This document shows positions 1 through 7,926 of a stretch of DNA of 64,000 nucleotides, piece after piece. The position numbers were made by a program, and so were the translations under genes. Location of the stretch: assembly GCA_052033955.1 (NCBI GenBank), contig JBPOJD010000017.1, positions 70,636 to 134,635 on the forward strand, written 5' to 3'. This stretch comes from Candidatus Hydrogenedentota bacterium (GTDB lineage Bacteria > Hydrogenedentota > Hydrogenedentia > Hydrogenedentales > SLHB01). The number at the start of each line of letters is the position of its first letter. The stretch's first letter is position 1. Below the pieces are notes generated by a model. It worked only from the letters and a program-made list of their open reading frames with translations. It made no database searches and was not told the DNA's origin.

Positions 1-1956
1 CTGCAAATTGGGGTCGCTGCTGGACAACCTTCCGGTCGCCGCGACAGCCTGATTGAATGAAGTATGGATGCGCCCGGTCTCCGGATGCACCAGCCTGGGC
101 AACGCTTCCACGTACGTTCCCCGCAGCTTGTCGAGAATGCGGTACTCCAGCACCTTGGCAGGAAGAGGATGCTCCCGGGAAAGCTGTTCGAGCACTTCAT
201 TGTCGGTCGAGTAACCAGTCTTCGTCTTGCGTGACGGCTTCAGACCGAGCTTGCCGAACAGAATCTCCTGGAGCTGCTTGGGCGAATTGATTTGAAACGC
301 CTCGCCCGCGTCTTCAACTATATCGCGTTCCAGCGTGGTCAGCCGCTGGGACAGCTCGCGCTGCAAGTCTTCGAATACCTTCTGGTCGATGGCGATTCCC
401 GCCATCTCCATCCGGGCCAGCACGCCCAGGAGCGGTACCTCGACGCTGTCGTGCAGCGACTCCAGTTCGCGCTCGCGGAGCAACGTCCGGAATACCCCCG
501 ACAGGCGCCACGTAACGTCCGCATCTTCGCAGGCATAGACACAGGCTTGGTCGACGGGGACGTTATCGAAAGTGATTTGCTTGGATCCCTTGCCGATGAG
601 GTCGGTGATGGGGATCATCTTACGCCTGAGGTATTGAAGACTGACTTCAGCTAGATTATGCCTCAACCGCGAGGGGTCCGTCAAGTAGGACGCGACCATG
701 GTGTCCATGGCGATATTGGCCAGGACAATCCCGCATCGCCGCAGAACGATCAGGTCGTACTTGATGTTGTGGCCGACCTTGGCGACTGAAGGGTCTTCGA
801 GCAGTCCGCGCAGCAGGGCGAGGGCCTCATCACGCGGCAGGGCCGCGACCTCGTCCGGAAAGAGCTCGCCGGGATGCAGCCGGCGCATGCCCTCGGCCGT
901 GTGACCGACCGGGATGTAGTAGGCCTTGCGCGGGGTGCAGGCCAGCGAGACGCCGACCAGTTCGGCGCGCATGGCATCGACGGACGTGGTCTCAGTATCC
1001 ACGGCGCATGCCCCGGCGCGGCGCATCTCGTCCACCACGCGGTGCAACGCATTCAGGGAGTCGACCAGCACGTAGTCCGTGACCTCCTCCTCCGCGGCGT
1101 CCGGCAGGAATTCTTCGAGGAGCTTCTGGAACTCGAGTTCGTGGAAGACATCCGCCAGCCGCTTGGCATCGAGGGGGGCGCGGCGGCAGGCCTCGATCGG
1201 CACCGGCAGATCGACGTCCTTGTGGATGGTCACCAGCTCGCGGCTCAGGAACGCGCTGTCGCGATACTGTTCGATCCGTTCCTTCTGTTTGCCCTTCAGC
1301 TCATCCAGATGCCCGTAAAGTCCTTCGAGCGACCCGTAGGTCTCGAGAAGCTTGCGCGCGGTCTTCTCGCCGATGCCGTGGACGCCGGGCACGTTGTCCG
1401 AGCTGTCGCCCATCAGGCCCAGCAGATCGATCACGTGTTCGGGCGGCACCCCGTAGCGCTCGATGACCGCCTCGCGGTCGTACCACATGCCGCTGTCGCC
1501 CCGGTACGGGTCGTAGACCCGGACACGGCCCGTAACCAACTGGAGGACGTCCTTGTCGCTTGTGACCAGCACGACCTGCATCCCGGCGGCATCGCCTTGG
1601 CGCGCCAGCGTGCCCATGACGTCATCGGCCTCGACGCCGGGGACGCGCAGCTTCGGGATGCCGAAGGCATCCACGACCGACTCGATCAGCGGCAACTGGC
1701 TGACCAGCTCCTCGGGCATCGCGGTGCGGTTGGCCTTGTAGGCCGGGTACATGTCGGCGCGAAAGGTCTTTCCGGGCGCATCGAAGGCCACCACGATGTG
1801 GGACGGGTCGTGCTCGCGGAGGATCTTCATGAGGATGCGGGTGAAGCCGAAGACGGCGTTCGTGGGACGGCCGGTGGAATCGGTGAGGCTGCGAATGGCG
1901 AAGAACGAGCGGTAGGCGAAGGCGGATCCGTCGATGACATACAAATGGTCAGACAC
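1..1956 (-). CDS. polA: DNA polymerase I, N-terminal ~650 aa (5'-3' exonuclease, 3'-5' exonuclease and start of the polymerase domain); the gene runs off the window edge
   Basis: Manual reverse-strand translation from a GTG at 1956 gives MSDHLYVIDGSAFAYRSFFA..., a classic Pol I 5'-nuclease N-terminus. Further along come LVDSLNALHRVVDEMRRAGACAVDTETTS (3'-5' exonuclease motif) and RIHTSFNQAVAATGRLSSSDPNLQ (polymerase motif). The reading frame stays open to position 1. It is absent from the ORF track because it has no stop inside the window. Confidence 0.9.
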   Translation of the reverse strand, partial: MSDHLYVIDGSAFAYRSFFAIRSLTDSTGRPTNAVFGFTRILMKILREHDPSHIVVAFDAPGKTFRADMYPAYKANRTAMPEELVSQLPLIESVVDAFGIPKLRVPGVEADDVMGTLARQGDAAGMQVVLVTSDKDVLQLVTGRVRVYDPYRGDSGMWYDREAVIERYGVPPEHVIDLLGLMGDSSDNVPGVHGIGEKTARKLLETYGSLEGLYGHLDELKGKQKERIEQYRDSAFLSRELVTIHKDVDLPVPIEACRRAPLDAKRLADVFHELEFQKLLEEFLPDAAEEEVTDYVLVDSLNALHRVVDEMRRAGACAVDTETTSVDAMRAELVGVSLACTPRKAYYIPVGHTAEGMRRLHPGELFPDEVAALPRDEALALLRGLLEDPSVAKVGHNIKYDLIVLRRCGIVLANIAMDTMVASYLTDPSRLRHNLAEVSLQYLRRKMIPITDLIGKGSKQITFDNVPVDQACVYACEDADVTWRLSGVFRTLLRERELESLHDSVEVPLLGVLARMEMAGIAIDQKVFEDLQRELSQRLTTLERDIVEDAGEAFQINSPKQLQEILFGKLGLKPSRKTKTGYSTDNEVLEQLSREHPLPAKVLEYRILDKLRGTYVEALPRLVHPETGRIHTSFNQAVAATGRLSSSDPNLQ

Positions 1957-3067
1957 GGCAGCATCCTTTCAGGTGATCGAGGATCGCGTGCGCGGCCCGT
2001 TCCGAAGCGCCTGGACCGCCGAGCAGGTCCCGCACGCGTTGCAGGTCTCGCCGCATCGTCTCGCGTGCAGGGGTGTCGCCGATCAGTTCAAGCGCCGTCG
2101 GCAGAATCTTCGCGGGCGCCGCGTCGCCCTGGATGAATTCAGGCACAATGCGTTCTCCGGCCAGGATGTTGACCAGTCCGATGTGTTCGATGGTCACGAG
2201 GCGTTTGGCCAGCCAGTAGCTTGCGGGCGACACGCGGTACAGGATCGCCATCGGAACGCCGAACAGGGCGGTCTCGAGTGTCGCCGTGCCGGAGGCCACC
2301 ATGCAGAACCGCGCGGACGCCAGGACGTCGTGCATGCGGCCCGTCAGAATATCGAGGGGAAAGCCGTCCGCGGCGCGCCGCACCTGCTGCGCGCGGGCCT
2401 CGTCCACGCAGGGCGTCACGAAACGCGCTTCGGGCCATGCCTTCCGGATCCCGGCGGCCACGGCGAGCATCGTCGGCAGCAGCCGCGCGATCTCCTGTTC
2501 GCGGCTGCCGGGCAGCAGTCCTATCACGGGATCACCCGGGATGGGCTGCGAGGCCGTGCGTGCCGCAATATGGTCCAGAAGGGGATGGCCGACGTACACG
2601 CAGTCCACGCCTGCCTGTTCGTACAGCGCCTGCTCGAAGGGAAGGATGACGAGCATCCGGTCCACGAGGCGGGCAAGGGTGTGTATGCGTTGTTTCTTCC
2701 AGGCCCACACCTGCGGGCTGATGTAATAGTAGATCTTGATGCCGAGCGCCTTGGCCTTCTGCGCCAGCCGGATGTTGAAGCCGGGGTAGTCGATCAGAAC
2801 CAGCGCGTCCGGCCGGCTGCGGCGGAATGCGGCGACCGTGTCCAGAAAGAGGCGGCGGACGAACCCAAAACTCTTCACCACCTCCGTGAACCCCATGATG
2901 CCGCGTTCGGCCAAATTGCAGTGCAGGGTCATGCCCGCCTGCTGCATCAGCAGGCCGCCGATGCCTTCGCACGTGATCGACGGATCGGCCGCACGCAGCG
3001 CCCGCACGAGCTCCGCCCCGTGCATGTCGCCGGAGGTTTCGCCCGCTGAGAGAAAGATGCGCGTCAC
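1949..3067 (-). CDS. lpxB: Lipid-A-disaccharide synthase (GT19)
   Basis: Inside ORF 1949..3589(-), an internal GTG at 3067 gives VTRIFLSAGETSGDMHGAELVRAL..., which aligns along its whole length with E. coli LpxB (IALVAGETSGD, YISPQVWAWKKQR, LLPGSR, MVASGTATLE). The start overlaps the upstream gene's stop by 4 nt. Confidence 0.9.
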   Translation of the reverse strand: MTRIFLSAGETSGDMHGAELVRALRAADPSITCEGIGGLLMQQAGMTLHCNLAERGIMGFTEVVKSFGFVRRLFLDTVAAFRRSRPDALVLIDYPGFNIRLAQKAKALGIKIYYYISPQVWAWKKQRIHTLARLVDRMLVILPFEQALYEQAGVDCVYVGHPLLDHIAARTASQPIPGDPVIGLLPGSREQEIARLLPTMLAVAAGIRKAWPEARFVTPCVDEARAQQVRRAADGFPLDILTGRMHDVLASARFCMVASGTATLETALFGVPMAILYRVSPASYWLAKRLVTIEHIGLVNILAGERIVPEFIQGDAAPAKILPTALELIGDTPARETMRRDLQRVRDLLGGPGASERAAHAILDHLKGCCRV

Positions 3068-4017
3068 CGGCTGCCTCGAATGGATTCGAGCGCCCGCCAC
3101 GCCAGTTTCAGGGCCTCGAGCGCATCCTCGCCGGAGACCAGCGGGCGCGTGCGCGCGCGGACGCAGCTCACAAAGGCATCGAGTTCCATCTTCAACGGTT
3201 CCTCGCGGCTCACCGTGAGCTGCTCGATGTTGATGCGGTCCATCGGGCTGCCGTCTTCCTGGCCGGGCACGTCCCGCTTGCGGTAAATCAGCACCTCCTG
3301 GTCGGAGTAGTTGGTCGAGACGTAGGCGTTGGGCTCGAAGATCCGTATCTTGCGCATGCGCTCCATCGAGACCCGGCTGCTGGTGAGATTGGCCACGCAT
3401 CCGTTCTCGAAGCGCAGCCGCGCGTTGGCGATGTCCTCCTCGGCGGAAAAGACCGGGACGCCCACGGCGTCGATGCCCGCCACGGGGCTCTTGACCAGCG
3501 ACAGCACGATCTCCAGGTCGTGGATCATGAGATCGAGCACGACGCTGACATCCTGGCCGCGCATCGGGTAGGGGCTGAGCCGGTGGCATTCGATGAACCG
3601 GGGATCCCGCACAGCATCGAAGAGGGCCACGACGGCGCCGTTGAAACGCTCGATATGGCCGACCTGGAGGATGCGCCCGGCCTTGGCGGCCGTTTCGACG
3701 AGCAGGGCCGCCTCCTCGACGCTGGCCGCGATGGGCTTTTCGACCAGGACATCCGCGCCGCCTTCGAGCAGGGCCGTGGCGACGCTGCGATGGGCGGTGG
3801 TGGGAACGGCGACCGAGGCGAGGTCAATTCCGGCCTCCAGCAGGTCTTCGACCGACTCGAAATGCTCCGTGCCGAATTCCTCGGCCACGCTGCGCCCCTG
3901 CTGTGTGTCGGTATCGGCGACGCCCACGAGCCGGACGCCTGGAATGCTGGCATAGTGGCGGGCATGGTGGCGGCCCAGATGGCCGACGCCGACCACGCCG
4001 GCGCGAAGGACATTCAT
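3064..4017 (-). CDS. Gfo/Idh/MocA-family NAD(P)-dependent oxidoreductase, possibly GnnA-like UDP-GlcNAc 3-dehydrogenase
   Basis: The N-terminus has a Rossmann motif (MNVLRAGVVGVGHLGRHHARHYASIPGVRLVGVADTD) and the C-terminal alpha/beta domain is typical of Gfo/Idh/MocA enzymes. The gene sits between lpxA and lpxB in the same orientation, which is the position gnnA occupies in Acidithiobacillus and Leptospira lipid A loci. Confidence 0.6.
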   Translation of the reverse strand: MNVLRAGVVGVGHLGRHHARHYASIPGVRLVGVADTDTQQGRSVAEEFGTEHFESVEDLLEAGIDLASVAVPTTAHRSVATALLEGGADVLVEKPIAASVEEAALLVETAAKAGRILQVGHIERFNGAVVALFDAVRDPRFIECHRLSPYPMRGQDVSVVLDLMIHDLEIVLSLVKSPVAGIDAVGVPVFSAEEDIANARLRFENGCVANLTSSRVSMERMRKIRIFEPNAYVSTNYSDQEVLIYRKRDVPGQEDGSPMDRINIEQLTVSREEPLKMELDAFVSCVRARTRPLVSGEDALEALKLAWRALESIRGSR

Positions 4018-4094
4018 GTGTTTACCCCGGTGAACTGCCTTGCGTGGAATCCGAAGCCGCGGCCCTGTGCCGCGGGCATGTGAACGGGATCCGG

Positions 4095-4883
4095 TTACTG
4101 CGTGACGCCACGCAGCGATTTGCGGAAAAAGCCCAGGAAGTGTGCCCGTTCGGGGCTGTCAGGGACCGTGGCCTCGATTTCCTGAAGGGCCTGGGTCGTG
4201 TTCAGGTGGCTCCGGAACATGAGCCGGTAGAGCGTCTTGACCAATTGGCGTTGCTCGACCGTGAATCCGTTCCGCCGCAGCCCCACGGTGTTCGGGCCGT
4301 GACACTGGGCCGGATTCCCCTCGACGATCATGTAGGGCGCCACGTCCTTGATCACCCTGGTCATCCCCCCTACAAACGCCATCGTCCCCACGACGCATTC
4401 CTGGTGCACGCCGCTCAGGCCGCCCAGAATGGCCTTGTCCTCGACGTCCACATGCCCGGACAGGGCCACCGAGTTGGCCATGATCACGCGGTTGCCGACG
4501 TGGCAGTCGTGCGCGACGTGGGAATTGGCCATGAACATGCATTCGTCGCCCACCTGGGTCAGACGGTGCTCGTCGTCGAATCCGGTCATGGTGCTGGCGC
4601 TAATGGTGACGTGTTCGCGGATCATGTTAGCGTCGCCGATGACCGTGCGTCCGACCAGTCCGGGCTTGTGCTTGAGGTCCTGGGACAGGACGCCGATCTG
4701 GCAGCCGCTGAATATCTGGTTGTTCTTGCCGATCACCGTGCGGCCCTCGATGACGCAATGGGGCCCGACGATGGTACCGGCTCCGATGGTCACCTCGGGG
4801 CCGATGATCGTATAGGCCTGTATCTCACCCTCGTCGGCCAACACGGCCTTCGGGTGGACGATTGCCGTCGCGTGTATTTTCAT
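4095..4883 (-). CDS. lpxA: Acyl-ACP:UDP-GlcNAc O-acyltransferase
   Basis: 262 aa with left-handed beta-helix hexapeptide repeats followed by the LpxA-specific C-terminal helical domain. Alignable with E. coli LpxA, e.g. HIGPFCIVGPHVEIG versus IIGPEVTIGAGTIVGPHCVIEG, and GLRRNGFTVEQRQLVKTLYRLMFRS versus [25 protein letters not shown]. Confidence 0.9.
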   Translation of the reverse strand: MKIHATAIVHPKAVLADEGEIQAYTIIGPEVTIGAGTIVGPHCVIEGRTVIGKNNQIFSGCQIGVLSQDLKHKPGLVGRTVIGDANMIREHVTISASTMTGFDDEHRLTQVGDECMFMANSHVAHDCHVGNRVIMANSVALSGHVDVEDKAILGGLSGVHQECVVGTMAFVGGMTRVIKDVAPYMIVEGNPAQCHGPNTVGLRRNGFTVEQRQLVKTLYRLMFRSHLNTTQALQEIEATVPDSPERAHFLGFFRKSLRGVTQ

Positions 4884-4972
4884 AAATGGCGCACCATGAT
4901 TGGGTTAACACTGAGGAATGGGCATTGAAATACCACATTCCGCCGCGCGAATGCAACCAACCCCCCGGGGTT

Positions 4973-6019
4973 CTACCCCGGCGCGGTCCGGCGGGGGCGC
5001 GCTTCTTGGCCGGGGAAGCGAGGCGGACGCGGCATCTCCGGCATGGCCGGAAGGGCTGCCGGGGGGGCGGGAAGTTGCGGGAGCGGCGCCGCCGGTCCGG
5101 TCACCCCGGGGATGTCCGCGGGCGATTCGGGCAACCGGGGCGGCTCCGGAAACGGCGCCGAAGGCGGTTCGAAGGGCGGCCAAGGTGCGACCGGACCATC
5201 GGGCTCGCCCACGGCGGGCGGTTGGCCGCCGGGGCGGGTCAGTTCGCGCTGAAGGTATGCGGGGTAGCCCTCGGCCAGGCGCGGGTCGGCGGCCAGCGCA
5301 CCGTGCCAATCCCGGATCCGGCGCGCCGCCTCGGGGGCGTCGGCCAGCAGGGCCGACCGCTGCTGCCACAGCCGGTACATCGCGGGGGTGTCGCGAAGGC
5401 GCTGCTCGAAGTCGCGGGCGGTCCGGGCCTCCCCGGTGGGGGCGCCAGCGAGCATTTGCCACCAGGGCGCCAAGGCCTCGGCCGCATCCTCGCCCTCGAG
5501 CAATCCTCGAAAGGTGTCCGTCAGCCGTTGGCGCAGCGCGGGGTTCTCCCGGATCATTCGGGCCAGGGGTGCAACGGGCGCGGGCGTCGTGAGGCCGGTC
5601 CCGGCGTCTCCCAGGAATCCCGCGGCCCATTGCGGATGCTCCTTCAGGTAGGCCAGGCCCTGTGCGGCGGCCTCGGGCAGCTCGCGTTCGATCGCGGCCA
5701 ATTCCATGGCCCGGCCCGGCCCGCCCGGTGTGGCGCCCAAATGCCGGAAATAGCGCGCGTAAGCGTCCCGCAACGCCGTGTCCGCGTCGAGCGCCTCCTC
5801 GAACGCGGCAACCTCCGGGCTGTTCTGCGGCGCCAGCGCAAACTCCAGCCACTTCCCCTCGAGTTGGGCCAGTTCCTCGTGGGTGTCCAGGTAAGCGAGG
5901 TAGGCCTGGTGCATGGTCCACAGGCGCGGATCCGCGCGCAACAGGCCGGGCACGTCGGCGCCCGGAGCGGTCGCTCCGGCGGCCATGACCGTCACGGCCA
6001 CTGCCCACAGGACCATCAT
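4973..6019 (-). CDS. Secreted hypothetical protein with a proline-rich C-terminus
   Basis: An internal start (MMVLWAVAVTVMAAGATAPGA..., signal-peptide-like) overlaps the upstream gene's stop as ATGA at 6016-6019. The body is alpha-helical and acidic; the tail is PPFEPPSAPFPEPPRLPESP...PRPPRFPG. Coding-like GC3. No recognisable family. Confidence 0.5.
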   Translation of the reverse strand: MMVLWAVAVTVMAAGATAPGADVPGLLRADPRLWTMHQAYLAYLDTHEELAQLEGKWLEFALAPQNSPEVAAFEEALDADTALRDAYARYFRHLGATPGGPGRAMELAAIERELPEAAAQGLAYLKEHPQWAAGFLGDAGTGLTTPAPVAPLARMIRENPALRQRLTDTFRGLLEGEDAAEALAPWWQMLAGAPTGEARTARDFEQRLRDTPAMYRLWQQRSALLADAPEAARRIRDWHGALAADPRLAEGYPAYLQRELTRPGGQPPAVGEPDGPVAPWPPFEPPSAPFPEPPRLPESPADIPGVTGPAAPLPQLPAPPAALPAMPEMPRPPRFPGQEARPRRTAPG

Positions 6020-7326
6020 GTCACCCCCAGCTCCGCCGCCAGGTCCAGCACCGTGAAGCGGTCGCGCAGAAAGCGCGCCTGCGTCTGGGCGCGGCGGTAT
6101 TCGGTCGTCGCGGCGGCCAGTTCCTCGGGGGTTGTGGGCCCGCCCGCGGCCCGGATGGCCTCGGCAACGGTCTTGGCGGGCAGCAGGTCCTGGCCGAGTC
6201 GCTCGCGCAATTCGGGCTGGCGCGCGCGGAAGGTCGCCAGCTCGGCGCGGAGCTGCCCGGGCGACAGCGCCTTGCGTTTCCACTGTTCGAGCACGATCGC
6301 GCCCAGTTCGGGTCCCCAGTCCTGCTCCGTCCAAGCGGCTACGTCCTCGAGGGACGGCTGCCGGGCGATGAGCGTCTCCGGGTCGATCGTTTTGGGGTCC
6401 AGTGACAGGATGCGCTCCCAGAGACCCAGGCAGTAGACCGTGCCGACGCCCACCTGTGCGCCGTGCAGGTCGTGGCCGGTTCCGTAGAGCGCGTGCTTCA
6501 TGTCCATGAAATGCGACAGCAGGTGCTCGCCGCCGGACGCGGGCGCCGACGAACCCGCCACGACCATCGACAGCCCGGACAGCATCAGCGCCTCGAGCAC
6601 GGTGGCGACAGCGGCCTCGCCGCCCTGCCCAGCCCCGGGCGCCGCGGCAAGCAGCGCCTCGGTCGTTCCGTCAAAGAATTCGCGCGGCCGCTCGCAGTAG
6701 TACTCGCCGCGCAGGATATGCGAGGCCTGCCAGTCGGCGGACGACGAGCATTTCGAAAGATAGTCGGCAATCCCGGCGGCGGTCATGCGCGCCGGCGCGC
6801 GGGCCGCGATGGCCGGGTCCGCAAATATGCCCAAGGCGGGCCGGCAGGCGAGGGTGCGCTTGAGACCGTCCACCCGCAGGGCCGCGATGGCCGAGGTGTA
6901 GCCGTTCATCGAGGCCGCCGTCGCGAACAGCAGCGCGGGTTTGCCTGTCAGGTGCCCGGCGTACTTGGCCAGGTCGCTCACGGTGCCCGCGCCGAGTGCG
7001 ACGAAGAAATCAGCGTCCTGCCCGGCTTGGGCCACGGCCTGCGCCTCCTCCAGGCTGGCTTCGAGCGGCCCGGGGCCGTACGCCTTCTCGATGGTGCGGA
7101 ATCCGCCATCACGGAGGGCGCGCCACAGGGCCTCACCGCCCGCCTCGCGCGTGTTGGCGTCCGACACGACGGTGCAGGTGCGCCCAAGGCGTTCGCTGGC
7201 GAAGGTGGCCAGGCGCTGGGCGGCGCCGGGGCCGATGTGTACGGCCTCGACCGGCAATTCGTGCCGTTCACCGCACGACGCGCACACAAAGCTCGCGCCC
7301 AGACTGTTCCATCCGAGTCGTTCCAT
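6016..7326 (-). CDS. Dehydroquinate-synthase-like / iron-containing alcohol dehydrogenase superfamily enzyme, resembling glycerol-1-phosphate dehydrogenase (EgsA/AraM) or glycerol dehydrogenase
   Basis: About 436 aa starting at MERLGWNSLG; the upstream M1 would overlap the response regulator. It carries the nucleotide-binding glycine motif FVALGAGTVSDLAKYAG, then ASMNGYTS and several His residues (HFMDMKHALYGTGHDLHGAQVG) consistent with metal ligands of the DHQS-like fold. Confidence 0.5.
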   Translation of the reverse strand: MERLGWNSLGASFVCASCGERHELPVEAVHIGPGAAQRLATFASERLGRTCTVVSDANTREAGGEALWRALRDGGFRTIEKAYGPGPLEASLEEAQAVAQAGQDADFFVALGAGTVSDLAKYAGHLTGKPALLFATAASMNGYTSAIAALRVDGLKRTLACRPALGIFADPAIAARAPARMTAAGIADYLSKCSSSADWQASHILRGEYYCERPREFFDGTTEALLAAAPGAGQGGEAAVATVLEALMLSGLSMVVAGSSAPASGGEHLLSHFMDMKHALYGTGHDLHGAQVGVGTVYCLGLWERILSLDPKTIDPETLIARQPSLEDVAAWTEQDWGPELGAIVLEQWKRKALSPGQLRAELATFRARQPELRERLGQDLLPAKTVAEAIRAAGGPTTPEELAAATTEYRRAQTQARFLRDRFTVLDLAAELGVT

Positions 7327-7334
7327 GGTATTCC

Positions 7335-7811
7335 TTATTCTTGGCGCGGCTTGGCCTTGAGATGTTTCAGTTTCCGCCACAGGGTGTTGCGGCCGATGCC
7401 CAGCAGGCGCGCGGCCCGGGCGCGGTTGTTCTTGCAGTAGCGCAGGGTCTCGATGATGTGGCGCGCGTCGGCCTCCTCCAGCGTCATCGGCCGGAACACC
7501 TCCACGCCCTCGCGGTAGTGCTCGCAGTCGAGCATGTGCTGGATGGTCAATTCGGCCTCGCCCGGCTGAAAGGGGACAAAGATGTACCCATAGACGCCCT
7601 CGCGCATCGCCGCCACGGCGTCCGGGATTGCCGAGGCCGTGGCCAGCAGCAGGGTCGGCCCTTCCTTGGACAGCCGGATGGCCTGCTCGCGGTCGTCCGT
7701 GATGACGATGTCGGGCGCCTCGGTGACCACGCGATGCCCCGCCGCGGCCAGCAGGGCGCGCAAGGTGAGGCGGTTCGCCGCGTCGTCAATGAGCAGGTGA
7801 ATCTTGGCCAT
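7335..7811 (-). CDS. Response regulator: receiver domain fused to a Fis-type HTH, with no AAA+ sigma54 module
   Basis: ATG at 7811 gives MAKIHLLIDDAANRLTLRALL... It has the acidic pocket (LLIDD, IVITDD) and a C-terminal Fis-family HTH (ARLLGIGRNTLWRKLKHL). The conserved Lys-Pro is replaced: YIFVPFQP. Confidence 0.7.
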   Translation of the reverse strand: MAKIHLLIDDAANRLTLRALLAAAGHRVVTEAPDIVITDDREQAIRLSKEGPTLLLATASAIPDAVAAMREGVYGYIFVPFQPGEAELTIQHMLDCEHYREGVEVFRPMTLEEADARHIIETLRYCKNNRARAARLLGIGRNTLWRKLKHLKAKPRQE

Positions 7812-7926
7812 GTATTTCAGCGTAACGCCCCGGGCCGCGGCGTGCAACAATCCGGTGTGTCCGGCGGACCGCGGGGTGTGGTACACTGCGCCCGCCAACA
7901 CAACCCATGCCCACAGGAGTCCCCGC

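Noticed and set aside
874-2136. 420-aa and 371-aa plus-strand ORFs (874..2136, 1934..3049) and several 60-150-aa ORFs in the first 3.5 kb
   Set aside because: They lie antisense to, or out of frame with, the clearly homologous polA and lpxB reading frames. The products are Arg/Gly/Ala-rich low-complexity sequences of the kind high-GC DNA gives in wrong frames.
4886-6436. 516-aa plus-strand ORF and the overlapping 4905..6008 / 4918..5592 ORFs
   Set aside because: Antisense to the Pro-rich secreted protein and the DHQS-like gene, which show ATGA coupling and sensible signal-peptide and enzyme motifs. The translations are RGRP low-complexity.
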